A DNA stretch of 64,000 bases from the IMG/VR virus record IMGVR_UViG_3300033069_001774, positions 37,921 to 101,920 of that record. The stretch is one strand, 5' to 3'. The position numbers and the translations under genes were made by a program. The DNA comes from a virus. Its lineage: Duplodnaviria; Caudoviricetes. Numbering within the stretch: the stretch's first letter is position 1; the number at the start of each line of letters is the position of its first letter. Positions 48,948-57,444 of this stretch are shown piece by piece. The notes beneath the pieces were generated by a model. That model ran no database searches and was not told where the DNA came from. It saw only the letters and a program-made list of their open reading frames with translations.

Positions 48948-49161
48948 AAGCGTATTCGATGAGTGCGTCGACCTGCTCAACGTCTGGGCAGCCGCCACAG
49001 GTTTAACCTACAAGGAAATCAACGTGTGGATATTCTGCGTGATATGGCCGGCGGTGACTCTGTTGCTGTTGCTGTTCGGATACTGGCAAACCCGCCGCGT
49101 AGCGCATTACAAATTGTGCTGGTTGTTGGCCGTGGGAAGAAAAATAGGCAAAAATAAATGA
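48937..49161 (+). CDS. Small membrane protein
   Basis: 'FDECVDLL..WA..TGLTYKEINVWIFCVIWP' plus TM helix. Confidence 0.65.
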   Translation: MTVESVFDECVDLLNVWAAATGLTYKEINVWIFCVIWPAVTLLLLLFGYWQTRRVAHYKLCWLLAVGRKIGKNK

Positions 49162-49898
49162 CCACCAAAGTCGGCCAAACATACCTGAAGCTGTTTCACG
49201 GTAGGAAAAATCCAAAAGAAGATATGGATGACTGGGGCACGAACGGTCCCATTTTCGGACCTGTTATGTACGTGCACTCCACGTACGGCAGCTGCGTCAA
49301 AATCGGCTTTGTGGAGAATCAGGGGTTGGAGCTGGAGGAGACCATGATGCAACTGACGGGGGACATGCTTTACTACGATGGGGTGTACTACGGCGATTGG
49401 TCCACCTTCGCATGCACCGCCGAGATGGATGAGGAGGAGGTGACTCTGTTTTATGAGGCGTCATCCATTGCTCCTGCAAATGTGAAACCCCTGCGTCCCA
49501 AGACGTTCAAAGACGGGGACAACACGCTCATGTGCTACGCAGCCGGCGGAAAGCTGACATTCACGTGGACGATGAAAGCAGGACCATCACCACAGCGGGA
49601 CACAACGATCAAGCGCACGGTGCTGGCTTCCGAGGCTGCGCATCTGCTGCCTGCCGGTTGGCGCCTGGTGCTGAAGCCAGGAACGCAGGAAGTGCAGCAC
49701 GCCATTGAGGCGGAGATGCCTGAGCTCGAAATAGCGCACCGCGTGTGGGATACGATACACCCGGACAGACAGCCTTGGATCATGTTGCGACCTGACGTGC
49801 AGAAGGACTGGCGCAATGTTGTGAGCACGGTGCTGGAGATCAGCTCGGCGATGGTGAAGGAAGACCACGCAGCAGAAATAGCATGCCTGGAACCATAA
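49158..49898 (+). CDS. Hypothetical protein
   Basis: ATGA overlap; 246 aa. Confidence 0.65.
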   Translation: MTTKVGQTYLKLFHGRKNPKEDMDDWGTNGPIFGPVMYVHSTYGSCVKIGFVENQGLELEETMMQLTGDMLYYDGVYYGDWSTFACTAEMDEEEVTLFYEASSIAPANVKPLRPKTFKDGDNTLMCYAAGGKLTFTWTMKAGPSPQRDTTIKRTVLASEAAHLLPAGWRLVLKPGTQEVQHAIEAEMPELEIAHRVWDTIHPDRQPWIMLRPDVQKDWRNVVSTVLEISSAMVKEDHAAEIACLEP

Positions 49899-50359
49899 CG
49901 CGATACGCGGCCACGTGTGTGAACCGCGACGGGATGCGCACGCTGATGCGGGGCAACCAGGCGCACAGTCACTGGGACTCTGCGGAAGATGCACAAAAAT
50001 GGTTGGACGCAGTGGTGCGCGCGAACTCCGAAGCAGACTTGAAGCAGTGCTGGGGCGAGCAAGCCATCGGTACTTTCGAAGTGCGACCAGTCGAGTGCTA
50101 CGCGCACGGTGACGCCATCGGCGTGTACTTCGATGTGAGTCCCTTGGATCCCATCACGGAAATCGAGCAGAAAATGCTAGCGTTGGGGTGGACGAATCAC
50201 AAAAATCTGGAGCAGTTGTGCAACTGGCAAATCATACGTCCCAAGCTTGCTGCGCAATACCCGAACGTTCTGGAAGCTTGGGAAGGGTACCAGCAAAGCG
50301 TAGAATCTGCACACATGCGAGTGGAGGATGCTTTTGCAGAGGCGGGCTTTGAAGTATGA
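49883..50359 (+). CDS. Hypothetical protein
   Basis: Packed ORF. Confidence 0.6.
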   Translation: MPGTITRYAATCVNRDGMRTLMRGNQAHSHWDSAEDAQKWLDAVVRANSEADLKQCWGEQAIGTFEVRPVECYAHGDAIGVYFDVSPLDPITEIEQKMLALGWTNHKNLEQLCNWQIIRPKLAAQYPNVLEAWEGYQQSVESAHMRVEDAFAEAGFEV

Positions 50360-50802
50360 GCCAAGTTATCAGGCGCAAGCTAGTTTGGAAATTCGCACGT
50401 ATGAATGAAATAAAGCAACCACCACGCATGCCACGGAGCGGAGGCCCGCGGCAGGAAGTACTCAGCATCAATAACGATGCCTCACTGACAAAGCACGTCC
50501 TCATCCACCGACTCGGCACCTTTGCGGAGCTGCTGTGCATCAATAACGATGCCTCACTGACAAAGCACGTCCCTGTGCGCGTGCAGTTGAGCGGAACACG
50601 TACGGCCCTGGCGCTGTGGTCAGGGCCTGTGCCGCCTTCCGTAGGCTCGCACGTGTTCTCCGCTTTCAACTCGAAGCACACCGGACACGTTGTTGGGTAT
50701 TTTATGGAGTCCGTGTATCTGGGGGTGCGCGTGATGGATGACAATCACCAGGAGTTCCGCATGTTCGGTAACGAGCTGCGTTTCGCCAACGGCTCGCCAT
50801 GA
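50356..50802 (+). CDS. Hypothetical protein (paralog of next gene; internal duplication)
   Basis: ATGA overlaps; similarity to 50799-51287. Confidence 0.55.
   Translation: MSQVIRRKLVWKFARMNEIKQPPRMPRSGGPRQEVLSINNDASLTKHVLIHRLGTFAELLCINNDASLTKHVPVRVQLSGTRTALALWSGPVPPSVGSHVFSAFNSKHTGHVVGYFMESVYLGVRVMDDNHQEFRMFGNELRFANGSP
50465..50572. repeat. 36-bp exact direct repeat x2 separated by 36 bp, containing hairpin GCATC-N6-GATGC
   Basis: GCATCAATAACGATGCCTCACTGACAAAGCACGTCC at 50465 and 50537. Confidence 0.9.
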
Positions 50803-51287
50803 TCGAGCACCCGCCCAAGGTAGCGCGCGCGGCGCAGGAGGAAGCCCCCTACCCGTATATGGGTGTGAGTTTCATCCAGAATAGCGAAGTTACAAAAGGT
50901 CGTCCTCTATTCGCCACACTGCAGCTGGGTGGAAATCGAACCATGCGCGGCCTAGTGCTGTGGCACGGAAGCGGAACGGCGTACGAGCCACCCAAACCGG
51001 GAACGGTGACGCGCCTGACATTCGTGGATACTGAGACGGTGTGCGCTATCGTGACAGGATACGCGCAGCAAAACGGGGTACTGATGGCTTGCGTGCGCTG
51101 GCGGCCAGAGCAGCCAGTCGAAAAACCAGGACAGTTTGGCGCGCGAGAAGAAACGTATGTGCTGGGTAGCGAACTCGTCGTACCTATGGATCACGAGAAA
51201 AACTGGCTAAATAGAGATGTGGAAGTGCAGATGATTGCAGGCGAGCACGGACAGATCGTATACCAAGTGACACGCAAGCATGCATAA
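50799..51287 (+). CDS. Hypothetical protein
   Basis: Packed ORF; paralog of upstream gene. Confidence 0.6.
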   Translation: MIEHPPKVARAAQEEAPYPYMGVSFIQNSEVTKGRPLFATLQLGGNRTMRGLVLWHGSGTAYEPPKPGTVTRLTFVDTETVCAIVTGYAQQNGVLMACVRWRPEQPVEKPGQFGAREETYVLGSELVVPMDHEKNWLNRDVEVQMIAGEHGQIVYQVTRKHA

Positions 51288-51498
51288 AGCACCATTTGTA
51301 CCGTTTCCCACAGGTACCATTCGCGGGCCTTACAGCTGCGGCAAAGGAACAGACCCCGAAGGCGGTGTGCAGTTTTTAGTGCGCTTGAAGAACGGCAGCT
51401 GGGCGCCGGTGATCAGAGCGCGATGGGAGGAAGCCGAAGCACGCAAGGAAGCAGAGGAAATATCTAAAAAAGAACTCACAGACAATGATCAGCGCTAA
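51280..51498 (+). CDS. Small hypothetical protein
   Basis: Overlap-coupled. Confidence 0.5.
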   Translation: MHKAPFVPFPTGTIRGPYSCGKGTDPEGGVQFLVRLKNGSWAPVIRARWEEAEARKEAEEISKKELTDNDQR

Positions 51499-52414
51499 AA
51501 TTATTACCACTTCGCGCAGCCCAAGCGGGTCGCGCTTGACCACGTTTGAACTGACGTACCCTCGGATGATCCATGCGGAATTTATGACGCACCGCTGCTT
51601 CAGCCGCAATGCTGCTTCGTCGCGGGCAATCCCTATAGCCAAGATGTTGGAGGCTGTGAATAAAAACCCAGCCATGCCTGTGTACTGGGGAGCCAACAAA
51701 TCAGGGATGCAGGCCGCGGAGCAGTTGACCGGTGCAGCGCTGGATGATGCACGCGATACGTGGAGGCTGTCCGCCGCAGTAGCGCGGCAGTCTTGCTGTC
51801 AATTGGACGAAGTCGGCCTGCACAAGCAGATTGCCAACCGAGTGCTGGAGCCCTTCGGACACATCACCGTGATCGCTACAGCAGAAGACGCAGGCCTGCG
51901 CAACTTCTTCGGACTGCGCGCGCACGCGGATGCGCAGCCGGAGTTCCAGGTGCTGGCGTACATGATGCTGCGCCTGTGGCTGGAGACGCCCGCGGCGGAG
52001 TTAGGTTGGTCAGAATGGCACATGCCTTACGGTGTCATGTCTCCGGAGGACCTCGCGCTGGATGTAGCGACGCGCCTTAAAGTGGCCACCGGGCGCATCG
52101 CGCGCGTGTCTTATCTCACACACGACGGGCTGCGCGACCCAGCAAAGGACATCGAGCTGCACGATCGTCTGCTAGCGTCAGGCCACATGTCACCGTTTGA
52201 GCACTGCGCGCAGGTGGAGAACTGGTGTGAAGACCACGGCAACTTCGGCCGCAACTGGCGACAGTACCGCAAGACGTTCCCTGACGAATGTCGTGCGCCT
52301 TCGGATACCGAGCTCAAGGCCAGGTTGGACGCCATGCCGCAATGGGCGTCGCACGCCATTTTGGCAGAGGACTTTCTGGCCGAGCAAAAAGTGGAAGGGG
52401 ACGCGGCGCCATGA
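51485..52414 (+). CDS. thyX: FAD-dependent thymidylate synthase
   Basis: 'EFMTHRCFSRNAASSRAIP', 'HKQIANR', 'HADAQPE', 'H.SPFEH'. Confidence 0.88.
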   Translation: MISAKIITTSRSPSGSRLTTFELTYPRMIHAEFMTHRCFSRNAASSRAIPIAKMLEAVNKNPAMPVYWGANKSGMQAAEQLTGAALDDARDTWRLSAAVARQSCCQLDEVGLHKQIANRVLEPFGHITVIATAEDAGLRNFFGLRAHADAQPEFQVLAYMMLRLWLETPAAELGWSEWHMPYGVMSPEDLALDVATRLKVATGRIARVSYLTHDGLRDPAKDIELHDRLLASGHMSPFEHCAQVENWCEDHGNFGRNWRQYRKTFPDECRAPSDTELKARLDAMPQWASHAILAEDFLAEQKVEGDAAP

Positions 52415-52779
52415 AGCACGCACGCCTTATCTTTGCAGTGTCGTACTGGGCGTTGTGCGCCGGCGCGCTGTTGCTCGACAGACGCTTGGCAGCTGAGTCG
52501 CCACCCACCATCAAGGTGCCACAGTTCGACGCCTCCAAGCTGACAACGCCACTACCTGTGACCATCAGCAGCATCTGGACTACAACCGCACCCACTATTG
52601 CGGCGGCAAGCACGCTGACCTTCACCGGCGGCGAAAGCAGCGGGTGGCTGGTTATCTACCCCGGCGCGAACGCCTTGGAGGCTGACAGATACAAACCAGC
52701 CAACATGCGCATCACCGCCACCAAGGAGCCGGTGGTGGTGAAGAAAGGGAACACGTGGGAGATCACGTTCAAACCGTAA
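52411..52779 (+). CDS. Exported/membrane small protein
   Basis: MKHARLIFAVSYWALCAGALLL signal-like start at ATGA overlap. Confidence 0.55.
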   Translation: MKHARLIFAVSYWALCAGALLLDRRLAAESPPTIKVPQFDASKLTTPLPVTISSIWTTTAPTIAAASTLTFTGGESSGWLVIYPGANALEADRYKPANMRITATKEPVVVKKGNTWEITFKP

Positions 52780-53123
52780 GCAGCTGGTATCGTCTTGACG
52801 CTCACGTCGCCGACATCACAGAGGTTAAAGTGTCAGAGCACACAGACACACATGTCTGGGTGCGACACGATCCTGTGTGGGTCGGCGACGCCGTCAAATT
52901 CAAGAAGACGCCTCGGCAAGACGACAACCACGTGTTCTACGCAACCTTCCTGGATGCGGTAGGAGCACTGCGCGCCAGGCTAAATGTCGAAGCGCGCCAA
53001 CTGCAGAAACGCCGGACGATGATCGTTGACCGCGTCCGCGTCATGACTAAAAATCCTCGACGCGTGCTGCGCCCATACCTAAAACCAGTACCGCAGCCAA
53101 TCCCGGACAACATCGAAGTATGA
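52755..53123 (+). CDS. Hypothetical protein
   Basis: Packed ORF. Confidence 0.5.
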   Translation: MGDHVQTVSSWYRLDAHVADITEVKVSEHTDTHVWVRHDPVWVGDAVKFKKTPRQDDNHVFYATFLDAVGALRARLNVEARQLQKRRTMIVDRVRVMTKNPRRVLRPYLKPVPQPIPDNIEV

Positions 53124-53584
53124 GTTCACTTCCAGCATACGCTGTGAAAATTATAACCGATCCGAAGTGGATCATGGAGAAGGCGGCGTGGGATTTCTTC
53201 TCCGCCGCTTGGCGCGCTAAAGCCAAACCCTTCATCGAAGCCGCCGAGTGGTGTTTGGTGGAGTACAGCGCGGAAGACAAAAAGGCCATGGGAGATGACG
53301 ACGTCGTCAGTTTCCACTGCGTGGTTAACAACCACAACATTCGTGCCGACCTTGTCCCGGAGGCGGGACCGGGCGCGGCGCACTGGCCTGTGGGCGTCGA
53401 CCCGCTGGCTACAGCAGACGAAAAGCAGATGTGGCTCGGAAACGATCCCTGGAGCTTCTTCCGTCACGGCACAGTAACGCGACCAGCCACGGAAGAAGAA
53501 AAAGCCAAATATGGCTGGTGTATGGAGCAGGCCATCAGCAGTTGGGTCTACGACACAATGATGCAGGTTGATGTTGCAAAGTAG
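53120..53584 (+). CDS. Hypothetical protein
   Basis: ATGA overlap. Confidence 0.6.
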   Translation: MSSLPAYAVKIITDPKWIMEKAAWDFFSAAWRAKAKPFIEAAEWCLVEYSAEDKKAMGDDDVVSFHCVVNNHNIRADLVPEAGPGAAHWPVGVDPLATADEKQMWLGNDPWSFFRHGTVTRPATEEEKAKYGWCMEQAISSWVYDTMMQVDVAK

Positions 53585-53609
53585 AGCGCATTGGTAATCA
53601 TAGCGGCGC

Positions 53610-53816
53610 ATGACGGAACAACCATCTGTAGACATCTGCCAGCTCGACGCTGCCGAACGCGTCGAGCTGGCAACGTTGCTTCACGGCAAGGAGCATCCGT
53701 TTGCTGGACGGGCGCTGGAGCTGAAACAGAAATCAGGGATGAGTTGGAAGCAGCTAGGAAACCGCGAATCCAAAAAAGCGCAGCGGAGCCGGCGGCGTGC
53801 TCTTTCGCAAAAGTGA
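53610..53816 (+). CDS. Small basic protein (possible DNA-binding)
   Basis: 68 aa, 'KSGMSWKQLG' plus K/R-rich tail. Confidence 0.45.
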   Translation: MTEQPSVDICQLDAAERVELATLLHGKEHPFAGRALELKQKSGMSWKQLGNRESKKAQRSRRRALSQK

Positions 53817-53829
53817 TAGTAAATTCTGG

Positions 53830-53863
53830 TTGCGTAGGCAAGCTCCGCGGTTAGAGCTTGCCT
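53830..53863 (+). promoter_or_regulatory. Putative promoter overlapped by 10-bp inverted repeat (operator)
   Basis: TTGCGT-N16-TAGAGC; AGGCAAGCTC-N8-GAGCTTGCCT. Confidence 0.45.
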
Positions 53864-53927
53864 CGTTCGTCGAATTTCATTCTGTTCTCCGCAAAGGCAG
53901 ACCGAAGCATAGACGGGTTTTTAGAAT

Positions 53928-54024
53928 CACCAAAACTGCCCCCGCGAAAGGATGAGCCTTTGCGGGCAAGAATTAGACACTCTTGCTTTGGACTAAGTCC
54001 TTTCGTGTAGGGGCAGTTTTGGTG
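53928..54024 (+). ncRNA. C4/CI-like antisense RNA
   Basis: 15-bp perfect closing stem, inner 10-bp stem, two boxes complementary to sites both upstream (53888-53909) and downstream (54154-54180). Confidence 0.7.
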
Positions 54025-54042
54025 GGTCCCAACACCCGCCGC

Positions 54043-56181
54043 ATGTCACCTCTCCCAGCCACTCAACGATTCACAACGCCACTCTGGCGTTGTAACGGAT
54101 TCAATTCAGATCCGTTCCTCAAGAAAGCGCCCAAGGCGAAACGCACACCCAAGCCCGCAAAGGCGAAGGAATTCAAAGCACTCAGCCGCCCTGTGCTCCA
54201 CGTCCACGCCGACGGCAAACGTAAGGGTGTCATGGTGGTTCCAAAGGAGATCGCCGAGAAGTGCGGTTCTGACGCCACCACAATCATGGGGATGATCAGC
54301 ACGCACGCACCTACGTTCCAGCTGGAGAAGAAGACCATCGCCGGGATGTGCGGGCTCAGCCAGGAACGCGCCAAGTGCGCCATTCAGCTGCTGTGTCAGC
54401 ACGGCTACGCCCACTACCTGCCTTGGCGTGCCGGGAAGCGGAACAGAGGCTGGGTGCTGCAGACCAACGCCAACGGCAACATCCAGCGCATGACCGGCAG
54501 CATCCTGCACTACTCACTGGAAGATGGCGCCGCGGCGACAGCAGAGCGTCCACAGCGCAGGCAGACCATGCGCCGCAAGAGCGCAGGCTTGACCGCAAGA
54601 ACGCGCCGGGAAACAGGAGACGACAGCCTTCAAACTTTGGGTGCATCTCTGAGCTATTCAGAAGTGGGGGGCTCTGAGGATCCTCCCCTTGCATCCCCTA
54701 TAATGTTAACCCCCTTGAAAAAGGAAATTAAACCCCAAACCCCTTTGGCTGACGCCGAAAGGGGCTCTTCTTCTTTTTTAGTTTTGGTGGATGGTTCACC
54801 ACTTACCCCGGCAATCGAGGGGGAAGCCCAGGAGCGCACGGTGGTGGAGCAACTCATCCTCGCTCTCGATTCCCCGGAAGCGAAAGCAAAGTACCCCCTG
54901 ACTCCAGAGCAGGAGGACAGCCTCGACATCTACCTCGGACAGGAACTCTCCCGACAGCTGGAGGCGAACCAGGCAGAACGCGCGGAGATCGCCGAAGGCG
55001 CCGCTATCGCGGACCTCCCGGTCGTCGAGGAAACCCTGACGGTGGAGTTCAGCACAGACACGTTTGAGCTGTGGCGCCGGTGTATGCACACGTGGGAGGA
55101 TGGCGACCTCGAGAAACCTTGGGAGATGCAGGCAGCACTCGACCTGCACCGGGCTGCACCAACAACGGACAACCTCATTGCCCGGGCCATGCTGGCTCCG
55201 CAGCTGTTTAACCGCAGCAGCTACGCGCCGCATGCAGGGCGGAGCGTCTTCCATCTTGGCTATCGCAAATTTGCAGCAGCTACGGTCGAACTCCATCGCG
55301 GCGACGAAGCTGAACTCGGTCTGATCCAGATGCCCCGGCCGCTGACGCAGGGTGACAACGCCTTGCTGTGGATGCAGACGCATCGTGTTGGCTTGGTGTT
55401 CCTCGCCAGCGTGAAGAACCCCGAGGCATTGACAGCAATTCAGGCTGCGAAGCTGGTGCGTAAGCTGCGTAAAGGCACCGTGACCATGCGGCACATTTTC
55501 CGTCTTTGGCTGCTGGCGCATTACGGCAACAAGATGCTGACCGTGGAGGAGGCTTGCGAGGTGCTGCGCATGAAGTTCGGCATGGAGCTGCGCTCCATGG
55601 ACGACATCGAGGGCTACCGTCTGGCTTTGCGCCGCATGCGCGACGCCAACAGGGGCGTGACTCCGAAGTCGGCGGAAGACAGGTTTGATTTCTCGTTCGA
55701 GTTTGACGACGCGTACGATCTGGATGGTTGCATGCGCGAAGGCAAGCAGCTGCTTGAGAAGTACACGCAAGCCATGCGCGCGCACCAGAATGTTGAAGCC
55801 GCGTTGCTGGCTGTGCGCGCTACAGGCGCCACGTCTGCAGAAGATTCCGAACGCTTGGCCCACATGTGGCTTCAGGCGCAGATCGATCAGAATGAGGACG
55901 TGCTGCAGCAGTTGAAGAGCTGGGGCGCTGTCGAGCACCTGCGCGATTGGACCACCAAGAAGGCGGCAGGACGGCAGTGGCTTAGCTCAGTCGGCCGGCA
56001 GTGGAATTTCACACATCTTCCCGAGATCGCTCAGACGCTTGGCTGGGCGTCATACACGGAGTGGTGGATGCTGAACGAACTGCGCCATTACGCGATGCGC
56101 AAAGCATGGGATGCCTTCGTCGACGTCCAAGGGGGCGCACACTCCATTTGGAGCAATTCACTTCTGGACCGCAAAAACTAA
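54043..56181 (+). CDS. Replication initiator-like protein with N-terminal winged HTH
   Basis: 'IMGMISTHAPTFQLEKKTIAGMCGLSQERAKCAIQLLCQHGYA' wHTH; immediately upstream of primase. Confidence 0.5.
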   Translation: MSPLPATQRFTTPLWRCNGFNSDPFLKKAPKAKRTPKPAKAKEFKALSRPVLHVHADGKRKGVMVVPKEIAEKCGSDATTIMGMISTHAPTFQLEKKTIAGMCGLSQERAKCAIQLLCQHGYAHYLPWRAGKRNRGWVLQTNANGNIQRMTGSILHYSLEDGAAATAERPQRRQTMRRKSAGLTARTRRETGDDSLQTLGASLSYSEVGGSEDPPLASPIMLTPLKKEIKPQTPLADAERGSSSFLVLVDGSPLTPAIEGEAQERTVVEQLILALDSPEAKAKYPLTPEQEDSLDIYLGQELSRQLEANQAERAEIAEGAAIADLPVVEETLTVEFSTDTFELWRRCMHTWEDGDLEKPWEMQAALDLHRAAPTTDNLIARAMLAPQLFNRSSYAPHAGRSVFHLGYRKFAAATVELHRGDEAELGLIQMPRPLTQGDNALLWMQTHRVGLVFLASVKNPEALTAIQAAKLVRKLRKGTVTMRHIFRLWLLAHYGNKMLTVEEACEVLRMKFGMELRSMDDIEGYRLALRRMRDANRGVTPKSAEDRFDFSFEFDDAYDLDGCMREGKQLLEKYTQAMRAHQNVEAALLAVRATGATSAEDSERLAHMWLQAQIDQNEDVLQQLKSWGAVEHLRDWTTKKAAGRQWLSSVGRQWNFTHLPEIAQTLGWASYTEWWMLNELRHYAMRKAWDAFVDVQGGAHSIWSNSLLDRKN

Positions 56182-56182
56182 G

Positions 56183-57439
56183 ATGCAGCAGCCAAAAATA
56201 TCATTCGCAGCAGGGGCGGTCGGCTTGGCCGGTTTGCCGGAGAAAGTGCGCGCGTTCGCCGAAGCGTTGAGTGCGCGCCACGGCGCAGTGCACGTATCGC
56301 GGGAAAAGAACGGACTACACCTGAACATGGCATGTCCCAAGTGCCTGGAGACGGAAGGCGACCGGGAGCTGCAGAAGCGGCACTTGGCGGTGAATGCGGA
56401 CAAGGCATGCGCCACGGGCGCATGGGGCGGTGGGAAGTTTGCAACCATGGACCGTGACCGTGTGGCCAAATGTATGAAGTGCGAAAAAGTTTTCAGCATG
56501 CACAAGCTGCTGCGCTGGAAAACGCTGGAGGAGCGCGGCATCAAAGCGTCGGTGGTGGGACGCATCAGCGTGGCGGACAACACAGCCTGGCTCGTACAGG
56601 ACGCGCGCGGTAACGTCATCCCCGGCGGGCCCGGACAAGTAACCCCTGTGCATCAATTGTCACCTCAGCACCCTGCGGTGCACTACTTAGCAACGCGTAA
56701 TTTCACAGATCGCGAGGCGTTGTATGCGCAGATGCGTGTGTCTTTTTGCGAAAAAGAATGGGCGGAGGATTCAGCTGCAGGTCGGTTCTACCGGCGCATC
56801 CACTACTTGGGGAATCAAGGTTTTAAAGACACACCGCAAGGACGTTTGATTTTTTACTGCGACATTGAGGGTGTTCAGAAATCTTGGCAGGCACGCGTGC
56901 TGGAGCATGTGGAGGGGGACGTGAAATACTACCTCCACCCGTATACAGGACTTTGGACCGCGGTGGAGCAGCGCGTCGACGGTAAGTTCAAGCTGGCGGC
57001 ATGTCTGACCAACCCAGCCAAGTCCTACGACAGCCCTGCCAAGTACCGCACAGCCAACGGCACGGAACGCAACGCTGTGTTGTTTGGATACGACGCGGCT
57101 GTGCGCTGGAATGCGGAGCACCGCCCAGGCAAAGCCCCGCTGGTCTTCCTGGTGGAAGGTCCGCTGGACGCCTGTCGGCTGGGTGCGCCCGCAGTAGCGC
57201 AGATTGGCAAGTTCCTCAGTGACGCACAGGTAGAGCTGCTGGCGAAGCGGTTCTCGCGCGCCATCCTGATCCCGGACAACGACAAAGCCGGACAGGACTC
57301 CAAGGATGATTCGTTCAAGCGCCTGTCGCGAAAGATGCAGGCCAAAATATGGGACCTGCCTATGCAGTTTAAGGACGTGGGTGAGATGTCCCCGCAGGAA
57401 GCACAAGCCGGCGTTCAGGAGCATTTGACCACAAATTAA
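56183..57439 (+). CDS. dnaG: DNA primase (Zn ribbon + TOPRIM)
   Basis: CPKC...CMKC, AKY, 'VFLVEGPLD', 'LIPDNDKAG', 'KDVGEM'. Confidence 0.88.
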   Translation: MQQPKISFAAGAVGLAGLPEKVRAFAEALSARHGAVHVSREKNGLHLNMACPKCLETEGDRELQKRHLAVNADKACATGAWGGGKFATMDRDRVAKCMKCEKVFSMHKLLRWKTLEERGIKASVVGRISVADNTAWLVQDARGNVIPGGPGQVTPVHQLSPQHPAVHYLATRNFTDREALYAQMRVSFCEKEWAEDSAAGRFYRRIHYLGNQGFKDTPQGRLIFYCDIEGVQKSWQARVLEHVEGDVKYYLHPYTGLWTAVEQRVDGKFKLAACLTNPAKSYDSPAKYRTANGTERNAVLFGYDAAVRWNAEHRPGKAPLVFLVEGPLDACRLGAPAVAQIGKFLSDAQVELLAKRFSRAILIPDNDKAGQDSKDDSFKRLSRKMQAKIWDLPMQFKDVGEMSPQEAQAGVQEHLTTN

Positions 57440-57444
57440 GACGC

